DNA from: the human T2T-CHM13v2.0 reference genome, Homo sapiens
Assembly (NCBI RefSeq): GCF_009914755.1
Contig: NC_060928.1
DNA length: 64,000 nt
Strand: one strand, 5' to 3'
The notes beneath the pieces were generated by a model, which ran no database searches, had not been told where the DNA came from, and worked only from the letters and a program-made list of their open reading frames with translations. Both the position numbers and the translations under genes were made by a program. Of this stretch, positions 35,665 to 50,260 are shown piece after piece. Position 1 is the stretch's first letter. Every line of letters begins with the position of its first letter.

Positions 35665-37814
35665 GACAGATATTTGAATAACTTTTCATATAACTTTCTT
35701 TGTAATACTTTTTTTTTTTTTTTTTTTTGCCAAGGACCATTACCAGGCTGTAATGAAGGTATTTTTCAAAGTAAGTGTGTAGTTCAAACCTATTCATCCA
35801 GTATTTACTTTGAACTGAACACCAGGTAAAAATCATTTTCTTTGGGAACTATTTTTTGGTAAAGTAGTTTATGTGATGTGGAAACTATTTTGTAACACGT
35901 ATGCCTAAGCAGTCGGCCTTTTGTTAGATCCAATTAGAGTTTTCTCTTCTGATTAAATGTGAGACTCTGAAATGTTTCGCTTGGCTGCAGGCAAACTAAA
36001 TCACTTGGGACCTCTTCTGCGTCAGCTTTCTGCAGATGGAGAGTATAATATTAATACTATTTATGTTTACATAATTCTGGAATTCATTATAGACAGAAAT
36101 AGCCAGGATGTACACTTTTCTGGAGTAATGTAATAACTAATAGAACTTACTTTAGAGTTCTTCTATGATCTATAAAATGAAGAAATAGCCATCTTGTGCC
36201 TGTAAGTATAGTAAGACTTAGAATTATGTAATTGAAGAAGCACAGAATTTTGGAGCTTGGAGAAGCTCAGCCAGTGTCTATATATACCATATTTAGAAGC
36301 AGAGGAGGCCAGAGAAGTTAAATAACAGTTTTAGGATCATGTAGTGAGCGCTAGAATATAATTTTATCTTTATTGGTAAACTGAACAGTAAGAGCTAATT
36401 AACTTTGTTTTTGGTCAAAAGATTACACTGACACTCAGGGAATCTGATTCCTTTTAAGATCTTAAACCAAATGCTCATTTTAGATGTTAAATTCCATTGT
36501 CTTTATAAAATTTCATTTGCTGAAAGGAAGTGTATTTGCAAAATTTATAAATATGTGAAGAAACAGCCTTGACTTTTCCTTTGTAATGAAAATAAGAGTG
36601 TTTTGTGACTAAAGATAAAAGAGAGCTGCAGCTTTGTTTCAGAAGACTTTTGTCCCCTAATCAAACTGGTGTGTGTTTATGAGCTACAATGAAATGAATT
36701 TATAACGTATTTATAAGCTACACTTACATTATTATTCCCAAAAGTTCAAATGGGCTTTAAATAGAAAAGTCACAGCATAATTATATTTTTCTGATGGGGA
36801 TAGGGGAATTACTAGGGGGTATAGTGTCAAAGGAGGGAAAGCAGTGTGAATGTAGATGGAGATTCTGGCAAAATCCTGGCTTTTAACCTACAAAGACTGG
36901 GAATGAAGTTATATTTTGTCCTAGACTTTTTATTCTTTATGTTGAAATTTCCATATCCTAACACATAGTAGCAGCTGAAAAGTTATATATAGAATGAAGA
37001 AAATGAATGAATGAATAAATATGGATCTAGAAAATTGTAGCCAGTAATAACAATATTACAGGAGAAGATTTTCCATACAACCTAGAAACTCCCAATTTCC
37101 TTAAAATATATTTGTCTGATATTTTCATTACCTGGATATTAGCAGCAAACCATATATATTGGAATCCAGTGCAATATCAACAAATATTTTTCCAAGTTAA
37201 GACATTTTGTGGGAGAACTTGTAAGTGTGGTTCGATTTAGCTTTAATTCAAGACAGCTAGTCTCTTATTATCTAAATGGGATACTGTACTCACGGTGTCA
37301 AGTTGATTGTAATGGGGTATATGAAAAACTCAGCTCAGGCTGAGTCTACAGTATTTAGTGAATTCAGTTTTGACAGTAAGTTTTCTACATGTCAGGCCCA
37401 GAATTCACATGCTTTTCCACCAAAACTGGGAGTTTGAAGAGAATTATATACATACTTGGCCCAGTGATTCACTGTAACTGCCTCATTGTTTTAGCAGATT
37501 ATTAAACTAAACAGTCTGCTATTTAAACAAGTTTAAAGTTCAGCTTTAAATTTTTTGAAGATAGCTTTTTGAAGACTATTTCCTCAATGAGTTAAATGAG
37601 AGCAATACCTATCTCAGATGGTTTTGGTGAGGATGAAATAGATCATTTGGTATGTCAGCTGCTGAGCGCAGTTCCTGAGGAGGCTGTTGCACCAGTAGCT
37701 AGTAATTCCTTCCCTACTTTCCCTTTTATTGTGTTACTGTGTTATAGGTCAAAATGTAAATAACTGAGTCAATTCTGCTCTCAGTGCTTTAATACTCCCT
37801 TCATTATGTTCATT

Positions 37815-37997
37815 GCTTCCAGATAAAATACTGGCCATCTGGTTAAATTTAATCTCAGATAAATAGCAAATCATTTTTAGCGTAGCGTTGTCCCAAATAG
37901 TGTGTGGGACATACTTATTTTAAATAATTATTTGCTGTTTATTTGAAATTCAAATTTAACTGAGCTTCTTGTGTTTTTTTGGCAAATCTGGGGACTG
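37815..37997. mobile_element. MER53 palindromic hAT-type MITE
   Basis: ccagataaaatac..gttaaattt..tcagataaatagcaaat..tgtccca-loop-tgggaca..atttgctgtttatttgaaattcaaatttaactg..aaatctgg; the element is self-complementary along its length. Confidence 0.85.
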
Positions 37998-38126
37998 AAT
38001 TACTATATGCTATATTTTACATTATTAGCAGTTGATTTCTTTTTCTTATTAAAGATATTTTATTAAATAAGTTCATAATAAATAATAAATAGTAGATTGT
38101 TGCCAGTTATTTGTGCATTAAAATAA

Positions 38127-38529
<403 letters not shown>

Positions 38530-38776
38530 TGAAAAAACTGGGTTTTGGGGGAGAGGTGTGTGAGAAAGATGGTGAATGTACTTTTTGTTGTAAATCAATT
38601 TACTGATAATGTTTAGTAATTAATAATAATTTTAACTTTAAGTAGTGAAATATGGTTATAGCAAATCACTTGAATGTTTCAGCCACACCCGAAACATTGT
38701 AACTGGAGAGAATATAAGTTTTTTAAACTGTGGAGAATAGAAAGTTAATTCAGTCTAGGTCCAGCAATATGTTTAA

Positions 38777-39122
<346 letters not shown>

Positions 39123-39877
39123 TAATAATGAAAACTTTTTTTTTCCAGTGCAACATTGTACTTAAAATATTTATAAATTGTAAATCTCTATTTTGCTATT
39201 ATGTGTACTTGTTACTTTGTAGCCTTTTAAAGCTTAAATGGATACCAGATTTGTTCTGAATGCTATTTTAAATGTTTTTGCATTTTCTTTCATATACTTA
39301 ATACTTTTTTCTAATTAACAGATGTTAGATACTCAATATACAAAATGTGGGATTTATGGAAAATTAGACAGAAGAAAAATTACCCATGGCCCCATTACCT
39401 AAAGAAAACAACTGGTAGTTTTTAGGTATTTTAGTCTATACCTTTTTCTCTATACATATTTTAGATTGGTCATAATTATTATATTACTATTTGATAATAT
39501 AGCAACATTACATAATTTTAATTTTAATGGCTACTGAATGTTAGATCCTGCTTAATACAGTAAATTACTCAGCCACTCCCACACTGTGAGATGTTTAATT
39601 TGGTTGCAGTTTTTTATTTGAAGTAATACTGAAATGAGCAATTTTGGTCATACAGCTTTTTGTATGGTTATGGTTTTGCTTTAGGCTAGTTGCCGGAAGT
39701 GAATTTTAATGGTTCAAAGAAGTATCTACATTATGAGATTCCAGATATGCACTTTCAAAACTAGAATCTGAAAGGATTATGCTTATTTTTGTCAACACTA
39801 GCTTGGTATAAGTTTCTGTTTTATTTCGCCATTGGCCTTTCTTACATTTCCAAAAGTTTTTGTTAATATACTAATAA

Positions 39878-40208
<331 letters not shown>

Positions 40209-42014
40209 TTATTATTACGGTTGGACCTTTATAAATGTGTTTGGTCACTGACATGTTTGTGGTCACTTTTATGGTATTTTAATCAAAATTTTAGAGTCAC
40301 ACTGGGCTGTAGGCACATGAGGAGGGCATGATAGATATTTGTTGCTTGAGTATTTGAATGTAGGTAGAACATGTAAAATTGTTATCATTGAACAGTTTCT
40401 TGCTTCATCCCCTTTATACTACTATAATTTTAAAATGCTTTTAATCATCAAACTATGCTGTACTTAGAATACTCCGTTATTTCTTACATTTAAACAAAAT
40501 TGTTTAGCCACAATAAGATGAACACAAGGTCAGTTAGAAACAAGGTTACTATTACTCTGCGAAATGTGAAGCCAATTCCTTTTTCCATGTATAAGCTTCA
40601 GATTATATCACTTTCAGATATCTGAGGATTATGCCAACTGTTGATCAGAGAGTACACACAACAAATACTCACTACAGCTGCTTTCTTCTTTAGTACTAAA
40701 TATTCTCATTAAGTGCTTTTTTCCTATTCACTTATCTCCCTCTTTCTTTTGTGTACATTGTACTGCTCCACCCCACCAAAGTGTAGAAAAGAGAAACAAT
40801 CCTTTTTCTAAAACACATTTGTTTCACTCTTCAGAAACAATGGACAAGAATTTGAAGGATTCAGCATACCAGTTAGCTTTCTACAGCTTGCTCCCGTAGG
40901 GAACAAATTTTTGCACAAAGCAAAACATCTATCTGGCCTCTGCCAGTATCCCAAGTTTTGAGGCAAAAGTAGTAGAGTCCAGCATTTACCCTGAGGAGAG
41001 GCCTTAGATGGCAGTTGTGATTTCACTCTAGAATCTGAATTCTTAGAAAAAAGAAAGTATACAGTTCAGTGTCACCTCTTAGTTGTTGCACAGTTGTCTA
41101 AAACTATAGTGCAGTAGATGAATTTACAGTTTTTTTGACCCTAAATGGGTTGGCAATTGACAAAGATCCAAATGGCACAGTCCTTTTTGTTTCATATTTA
41201 CTCTCAAGGAGCAAGGAGAGAGAATTATGTAGGCTGTTGCTATCTATCCACTCTCAAGAAATACAGCTTTTTGAGCATATTCCCTTAGCATTCCACATAT
41301 TGGCATTATTTGCTTTCAAGCCCATCGAAGTATTTTTACTGTTTTTTGTTAGAGACGTGCTGCAATTGGTTTAACATTTATTGGCTATATCCTGTCTTTG
41401 GTGAGTGCCATATTAATCTACTCAAAATACTAAGCAATATGTGGAAATTTGAAAACAACTTACAACACTATAAATATGTATGTAACCACATATTACCAAT
41501 GGTTGAATAGATCATTTTTGTTTCTATTTCTTGGGGGAGTATATAATGATTTTCTGGAATTAAAAAATCGGTGCAAGGGGAGAAAGTGTAAATTTGATGT
41601 GGGAATGGAAACTTACAGTAACTTGTGTTGTTGCCCAGAGGACAAGAATACAGCAAGATTGGGATGTGAGCTTACATGAAACATTTCATCACACAGACAA
41701 AGCAAATGCAATTTGATTTATATTTTATGTGGCAGGTAGAGCCAAGTTAAATGAAAAAGTATGGTCTCAAAACATCCAAAATACACTTCATATTTAAGTC
41801 TTTTCTGCTATAAAGACAAACTAAATGGTGTTTCTTGAAGCCAGAGAAGAAATAAGCCAAGTATAAAATCCTGCTGTGGTGCATTGTGTCCTTTTCACCC
41901 TTTGGTGTTGAGTGGCTACCTCAGTGTCAGGCACATATTAGAGAGTTAGTTAATACTGATTAGATTAGTTTGGCATGATTCTTTAAAGAAGGGATCAAGC
42001 GTCTTCATCAGTCA

Positions 42015-42043
42015 TGTGTGCGTGTGTGCATGTGTATGTGTGT
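42015..42043. repeat. Imperfect (TG)n microsatellite
   Basis: tgtgtgcgtgtgtgcatgtgtatgtgtgt. Confidence 0.75.
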
Positions 42044-42209
42044 AGTGCACAACACAGTGTTAGATTGGGTAGAAAATGTACTGGTTATAAGTTATGACGT
42101 TTATATGATTCCCTGTGAAATGGAACTGAGAAAAACATAGCACAATAAAGAATGATGAATTAGTGTTCTCATATTAATTTTCTGATTCAGTGACTATATT
42201 TGGTCATGA

Positions 42210-42620
42210 TAACAAGAATATCATGTTGCATAGCAGGTGTATCTCAAAATGTGTAGTGCTCAATTAACCGTTAGGAGAAATAGAAGTTTATTTCTCATTG
42301 ACATAAAGTCCAAAACAGGTTTTCTGACCAATAGCTGGCTGGCTGATTAGCAATGCAAGGACCCAGGCTAATTTCATTTTATGGTTCCACCATCTTTCAT
42401 GTATGGCTTCCATTGTACTTATGTGCATGAAACCTACTGAAGGCAAAGAAAGAGCAGGGAATTTGCACTTTGGAGGCTCTCATGGGCCAGGCCTGGAGGA
42501 GTTGCATGTATTTTTGCCCACATCTCATTAGGTAGAGCTGAGGCATAGGTCATCACCTAACTGCAAAAGACTAAGAATGTAGTCCTGCTGTTTGCTCGAA
42601 TAGCTGTAATCAGCTGCAAT
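42210..42620 (-). mobile_element. Old MLT1 (MLT1J/K/L-like) MaLR LTR remnant
   Basis: aatagaagtttatttctcattgacataaagtcc ... cacctaactgcaaaagactaagaatgtagtc. Boundaries are approximate. Confidence 0.55.
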
Positions 42621-44189
42621 TCAGTCTTCTTAAATCACTATTTCTTTGCATTTGTGAATAAAATGACTTCAATATAATTATTATACTCTGATCTAGGATG
42701 ATTATTAAGAGAATTGATGGCCCTTTAAAAAATCAGGCTTATACAAATGCTTGAGTACAAAATTCCGGAGTTTAAGTTCTAAGTTTTAAAGAACTGCTAA
42801 GCTTCGATACCTTGGTCATGACAACTTTCTCAAATGCCAGGGAGGGAACCTTTGAATCCAAATATTTTCTCTGTATGAAAGGCCCACCCACAATAACATT
42901 CATTTGCAGAAGGAAATGATTTATTGCTCCCTGTGAGTGAGTGCCAAAAAAAGTTTTCTCCTGAAATATCGTGCCAGTATTTCCATATAAACATAATTTT
43001 AGCATATTCTGCGATGTGGAAATTTATTTTTCATAGAATTTATAGGTTTTGAGATGTAAAGGGTCCCCATAAAGTCGTTTTGCAGCTTGAAAATGTGAAA
43101 ATATTTAACTTTTATAGTTCAAAAATTTTATGTTGTAGAAATGATAGAAACAATATCTAGAGAATGTTTGAAGACTTTTTCTTCCAGGTTATGTGGTCTG
43201 CTTGCCAGAGGACATTGTTTTATATTCTTATTCATTAAACAAGCACTTATTGAGCATTAACTATGTGCTATGTGATTAATTCACTTAGTACCTAGTCCTC
43301 CAAAATTTAAAGTCAGTTAGAGGAGAAGCTTCATACTGTTATAGAAGAAGCAGGGAAGGAGCAACAGCCTAGTATGTTTTAAGAGGCTTTGTGAAGTTTT
43401 AAGAGAAAATATAACATATCCACTTGGCCTTGAAAAAATCAATGGGTATTTGCCTGGAATGGAAAGGGGTTAGAGTATTCAAGACAAAGAACAGCATGAG
43501 TAGAGCAGTGAAAGCTTTGAAAGCTCATGACTTGGTTTGGATGCTGGAATTCCAAAAAGGTAGACATTTTGTGATTTATGGAGGAATTATGGGATGTGCA
43601 CCTGTCCCAGTTGATCAGACTAGCGTGACAGACCATACTGAGACCCTTTTGCTTTTTTCTGTAGGCACTGGGAAGCTATGCAGGGTTTTATATCTCATTA
43701 TATCAATGAGATAATCAGATCTCTAATTTTAGAAAGATAACCCTGTTAGCCCTGCAAATGATGTGTAAATGTTGAAAAGACTAGAGACGGAGGAGAGAGG
43801 GTGAGGGCAGTCCCTGGGAGGGGGAGCACGGAATGGACAGGAGAGAGAGTTCACAGGTGGAATTGCTAGAATTTGGGGGTTAGTTGGTTTTTGAAAGTGA
43901 TTTTTTTGGTTTGTCATTAGAAATTGAAAGGATAACAGCGTATACAATTGAGTAGCATATTTGACCAAAACTTTAATAAATTTATTTTAAATACAGTTTA
44001 TAGACCGCATCATTTACCAAATCTAGGACAACATATAAAAGTTAAAATGCACACAAAATTAAGACAATTTTTATTTTCTTATTGTGACAACATAAGGTGT
44101 TTGATAGTTTAAGCTTTTTTTTTTTCTGGCTTCATCTTCCATAGGGTTTTTAACCATTGTTCTAATTTTATTAACCAATTGGTTTATTA

Positions 44190-45170
44190 ATTAAGCAAAT
44201 ATTTACAGAGCACCTATGTATGCTCAGAAATGATCTAGGTCATGAAGACAAATTACAAAACCACTGGCCACATGGAGTTTATATTTGATTAAGGGAAACA
44301 GACAATGTATGAAATAAATAAGAAAATATATATAGCGGCAGGTGGTGATAAAAGAGCTGTGGGAAAAAAAAGGCAGGGTGAAAGACATGTGACACTTGAG
44401 GGTTCTTCTGTTTTAAAGAAGGTGTTAAAAAAATCGAGAACGGCCACTCAGATTAAGTGATGCGATGAGAGATCTGAAGATAGTGAGGAAACCAGCTGTG
44501 TGGATTCCTAGGGGAAGGAAGTAGAGGAACAGCAGGTGCCAGGACTTAGGTGGAAACCTGACTGGCCTGACATGTGAGGAGCAGCAGGAATGGTGACATG
44601 GCTGGGAGAGTTTGGCGAGGGGAGCCTGGAAAGAGATGAGGTCTGAGAGGGAGATGGAGGGCCTATCACTGGAATCGTGCAGGCTGTTGTCAGGCTCGAT
44701 CTTGGCATTTTCTCTGAATTAAACAAGATGAAGAGTTTTGAGTAGAAATGTGACATCATCTAAGTTGTAAAAGGATAGGTTGAGCCGCTATGTTGAGAGT
44801 AGTCTGCAGTGGTCCCAGGTTAGAGGCAGTGAAAAGGCTATCTCAGTAGTCCAGTTGAGAGAGAAATGATGGCTTAGACTGGGGTGATAGTGGTGGGGGT
44901 GCTGAGAAGTGGTCACATTCAGACTGTATGTCCTGATGGATTGGTGGATATGTGGCATGAAAAGGAGGAGTCATAGGTGACACTAGGATTTTTGGTCTGT
45001 ACAACTGGAAGAAGGAAACAATATCAAAGCAAGGGAAAACAAGAATGTGAGATGGAAATATCAGGAGTTAGTTTTGAGCATCTTAAGTTGCTATGCCTAT
45101 GAGATATGCAGGTGGGACTGCCAAGTAGGCAGCTGTATATACAAGTCGGAATCAGATCAGGGGAGATGTT
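44190..45170 (-). mobile_element. L2 LINE fragment (~1 kb of 3' end)
   Basis: Antisense L2 3' end aagcaaatatttacagagcacctatgtatgc followed by purine-rich L2 body (gagatctgaagatagtgaggaaaccagc, ggcttagactggggtgatagtggtgg, aagtaggcagctgtatatacaagtc). Confidence 0.8.
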
Positions 45171-45574
45171 TGAATATGTTGTGATTATATTTGAGAAAAA
45201 TAGGATTAATTTAAAACGGGTTGCAAATGACTCAAATCCGATCTGTTCAGGATTAAATACTTAAAAAGATTATAACACTTTAGCATGAAAAAAGAATTGT
45301 TTTCATAAAAATGTGTTTCTCTATGACCACTTTGTTTTATTCATATTATCTCAAAATTATTTTTTAACAGGTTCTCATTTTTATAAATTCATAACTTGGA
45401 AAGGAAAACTTAAGAGATGTTTAACTTGAGGTTCAGAAACTAAGGTTTCCTAAATGCATGACATGTTATTGCCTGACATAAACATTATGCTTACTAATTG
45501 TTGACCTATCCTCCTTCTGCTTTTCAGTAATAAGTTTCTGACAGGCTCATACAGTGAGTGCCAAAGAGAATAAT

Positions 45575-45810
45575 TGCTTGGTGGTTAGAGTGTGGGTTGT
45601 GGAACACATCCTGGTTCTGCAATCATGGGTTGGCTGAACTTAGGCACATTATTTACCATTCTTGTGCCTCATTTTCCTTATTAGTTAACTAGAGATAATA
45701 TAAGTATTATAATGCAATACCCTTATTTAATTGTTGTGAGAATTAAATAAGTTAATGCATAAAGAGTGCTTAAAACTGTGCTGGATGCATAGCTAATGCA
45801 TAAATGTTGG
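45575..45810 (+). mobile_element. MIR
   Basis: tggtggttagagtgtggg...gtgcctcattttcctta...gttgtgagaattaaataagttaatgcat..agtgcttaaaactgtgctgg. Confidence 0.75.
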
Positions 45811-46021
45811 TGTATTTTTATCTGCCATTAAACGTTTGCTATGTGTCAAAACATACTGGGTACTTCATATATATTATTGTACTGTATAATTTCAAACTAT
45901 GTTTTTTGCACAGGATATATTTACCACACAAAATAACAGGATTAATAGGAAACTAAATTTTAAAAAAGGTATTTTAACTCTACCACCTCAAATTAATGAG
46001 GCATTTTCATTTATTTCTTTT

Positions 46022-46340
<319 letters not shown>

Positions 46341-46724
46341 TAGACCTGTTCACTTGCACATTGTATGTCTTTTTGTCATTTTTCCATGTTGCAATATAGT
46401 TGTAATGATTATACATTTTAATGTAACCAAAATTTTTTGGTCATATCCTTGTTGATGGATATTTAGACTGTTATAAACAGTGCTTTTGTATACTATTATG
46501 AATTATGTATTTTCCAGCAAATAACTCTCCTTTAATTTTACTTATTTCTTGAAGTTAAAGTTTTAAAAGTGGAATTACTAGGAAAAGGATATGCTTTTTG
46601 TTCTGGAAACATCTTACCAAATTTCTTTCACAACGTGCCACATACGTTCTTATTAGTGATGTACAGTCAATATTGGCAATATTGTTTTTTATTTTGCTAA
46701 TTTGAGTAGACATTGTGGTAAATA

Positions 46725-46940
46725 ACATGGTGCTGGAATTAGACTGACTGGATTCAGATTCCAGAATCACACGTGGCTAGATGTGTTAGCTTGGAAAAGT
46801 TACTTTTACCTACTCTAAGCATTGGATTCCTGATCTGCAAAGTGTGATTTATACCATAGCCTATGTACTTTGGTTATTATAAGGACTAAATAAGATGATA
46901 CATTTAAAAATGGCATAGCGTCTGACATTTTATAAGGTTA
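46725..46940 (+). mobile_element. MIR
   Basis: tggaattagactgactggattcagattccag...ttcctgatctgcaaagtg...aggactaaataagatgatacatttaaa. Confidence 0.65.
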
Positions 46941-47150
46941 TTGCTGTTATACCCAATTTTTCTCTTTCTGCACTTTTGGCAATTAGTGTGATCTGTTGTA
47001 TCAGTTTTGATGCTTGTTTACATTTTTATTACTTTTGTGTGAATTGTCATTTCAGAGATCTTATATATTATCCTAAAAAATGAATATGTTTTTCATAGAC
47101 TGTAGTCTATGTGATGTTGGCATTTTATCTGTTATCTTGGCTTTGTGTAG

Positions 47151-47580
<430 letters not shown>

Positions 47581-47996
47581 TTATGCTAGTATTTATATGA
47601 TTTAAACTGTTTTAGTGTAACTCTTCACTCTGTTTGGAATTTGGTACAAAATGTGAAGTACGGATCTAAATTAGTATTTCTGCATTATTGACCATTCTTC
47701 ATTTTGCCATCATTTTTCAATAGCTAAGGCCATTTTTCTATAGAAATTAATACAAAATGAATATATGAAATACTTCTTAATTAAAAAAATCTAGCTACTG
47801 CATTGTTTACTACTTGGTTTATCTTCTAAAAAGTGAATTTTACAGAAGCTACAGTAACATAACTTAGAAGGCAGTACTATGGAAGAAAATGAAATGGTCC
47901 AGGCTCATCCAGTTCTTATTCTTAAAACCTTATTTGGAAAAGAAAGGCACAAGTAATTTTCTTTCCTTATATGTCTGTTTGTGTAAAGATAGGTAA

Positions 47997-48382
47997 TGCC
48001 ATGGTCTGAATGTGGCCCCCAAAATTCATGTGTTCAAACTCAATTAATGTGATTATATTAAGATGTGGGGCCTTTAGGAGGTGATTAAGTCATGAGGGAA
48101 GAATCCTCATGAATGGGATTAGGGCCCTTAGAAAAAGACTTGAGAGACTTGATTCACTTTGTTCTGATATTCTGCCACGTGCGGGACACATCGTTCCTCC
48201 CCTCCAGAGGATGCAGAAACAAGGCTCCATCTTGAAGCCAAGAGCAGCTCTCATCAGCCCTTGACCCTGCCAGCTCCTTGATCTTAGACTTCCCAGCTTC
48301 CGGAACTGTGAGAAATAAATTTCTGTTTACAAATTATCCAGTCTCAGGTATTTTGTTATAGCAGCATAAATGGACTGAGGCA
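47997..48382 (+). mobile_element. MST-family (MSTC/MSTD-like) MaLR solo LTR
   Basis: tgccatggtctgaatgtggcccccaaaattcatgtgtt...cttagacttcccagcttccggaactgtgagaaataaatttctg...ttgttatagcagcataaatggactgaggca. Confidence 0.88.
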
Positions 48383-49046
48383 AATAGTAATTTCATACCC
48401 ATAAAGTCCTTTGAGAATTCTTGGCTGGTATAGAAGACAGCAGTTTAATTCTGAGAAGAATATGCCATAAAATCTCTAGAAAATTTGTTTTGGGGAACTG
48501 AACTTTTAAATAATACGTTATATCAGTTTTATAGTTTCAGAAATTTCTACTTTTCCTGCTTTGATGAGTTCAGATTCTGGCTCTGCTGTTTTCTAGGTAC
48601 ATGGCCTTTGGCGTATTAGCCTTAGAGCCTCCTTTTTTTTTTCTTGGTCTGCGAAATGGGAATTTTCCTAATGTCTCCCTCGTAGGTGGGACTGATAATT
48701 AGCCATATGCTTCTGTTGTTCTATTGCATTCAGCTGGTATCATTGATGGACCTGTGCCTGTGTCAAATTGGTTGCTAAGTATATTTAAAACTTTTCCTGC
48801 TCCCATGATTACTGTGAGGGTGAGAGATAGTGTCTGCCCTATGCTTCAGGGTCAGGGTGTGGGAAGGGCGATGGTTTCCCCTAAGAAAAGGTATCAGGAT
48901 CTTCAGAGAAAGAGAACCTTTTCTGATGGCACCACACTTTTCTCCTTTTCCAACTACTTTCATGGGAGTTTCTTATTCTGATGGAATGTTTTATGTGCCT
49001 CAAACTCATGTTGAGGTGGCAAAAACCAGAAACCATCACTCTAAGG

Positions 49047-49200
49047 AGGTGGTTCTTAACTAGTGCCTCACAGTAGGATCACCTGGGGAACTTTCAAAAT
49101 TAAATCAATTAAATCAGAAACTCTGAAGGTGGGGTCAAGGCATTAGTTTTTCAGAAGCTCTGCAGAGGATTCCATTGTTAACCCAGGTTTGAGGGCCAGT
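49047..49200. mobile_element. MER5A-type MITE
   Basis: gtggttcttaact..gatcacctggggaacttt..aattaaatcagaaactctg..ccaggtttgagggcca. Confidence 0.7.
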
Positions 49201-49384
49201 ATTCTGGATTATTTTTTCAGTAATAAAAAAGCACTGCTGTTCTTTGTATTCTGTCTCTTTTTTATTACTTTTTTAAAGGACTATTTTATACAAGCCTCTG
49301 TGGTAAATTGTGCTTTTAGTTATACTTTTATTATTTTAGTTTAGTATTCTAGGATGTTATTTATTCAAGAAATAATACTTAGAG

Positions 49385-49725
49385 TTATATACTGCTAAGT
49401 TTGTATCAGGGGCTCTACTAAGTATCTTATATATCTAATTCATCTAAGTTTAATGACAACTATTTAGAATAGGTACTATTATCATCCCATTTTATACAGA
49501 AGGAAGCTGAGGTACAAAGAGGCTAAGTATCTTTCTGAGGGTTACACAACTGGTTTGAGGCAGAGCTGCATCTTGCTGGTATAGTTTTAGCTCTTAGATT
49601 CTATGCTATGCTGTCTCTATTCAAGCTCCTACTATGTGCCAGAGAGTATTGTAGGTGCTTAGATTAAAGCAGTGACCAGAACAGCCAGAAATCCTCCTCT
49701 TGTGGAGCACACAGTCTGGTAGAAA
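49385..49725 (-). mobile_element. Adjacent MIR and L2 3'-end fragments
   Basis: MIR: taggtactattatcatcccattttatacagaaggaagctgaggtacaaagaggctaagt. L2: ctcctactatgtgccagagagtattgtaggtgct. Confidence 0.7.
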
Positions 49726-49966
49726 TTCTACAGATTTTATTTTAAAATGCTCCTGAATTGTAGTCAAGATTTAGTATCTCAGCAAATATTCTACTATGAA
49801 GCGATTTCCTCATCCCATGTAATTACTTATAATTGTGCATGATTGAACCTGCATAGTAGCCTCACTTGAAGAAATGTTTTATTAGTCTAGACTGATTTTG
49901 GGGGAGGGGAGATGAATTAGTGGATGTATAGAAAAGAATATCAAGCCTGTTTAATTTTCTCTTATA

Positions 49967-50260
49967 GGCTAGGTGTGATGGCTCATGCCTGTAATCTCAG
50001 CACTTTGGGAGGCTGAGGTGGGAGGATTGCTTGAGTCTAGGAGTCTGAGACTAGCCTGAGCAATATGGCAAGATCCCAACTCTAGAAAAAAAATTTTTAA
50101 AAATTAATTGGGTGTGGTGGCATGCACCTGTAGTCCCAGCTACTCAGGAGGCTGGGGTGGGAGGATCACTTAAGTCCAGGAAATCAAGGCTGCAGTGAGC
50201 CACGTTTGTGCTACTGCACTCCAGCCAGGGTGACAGAGTGAGAACCTATCTCAAATAAAA
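49967..50260 (+). mobile_element. AluJ
   Basis: gggaggattgcttgagtctaggag and aaggctgcagtgagcc diagnostics, with ttttctcttata on both flanks. Confidence 0.95.

Noticed and set aside
40810-40900. Acceptor followed by ATG (MDKNLKDSAYQ...)
   Set aside because: The ORF ends after 19 codons, with no good donor or homology.
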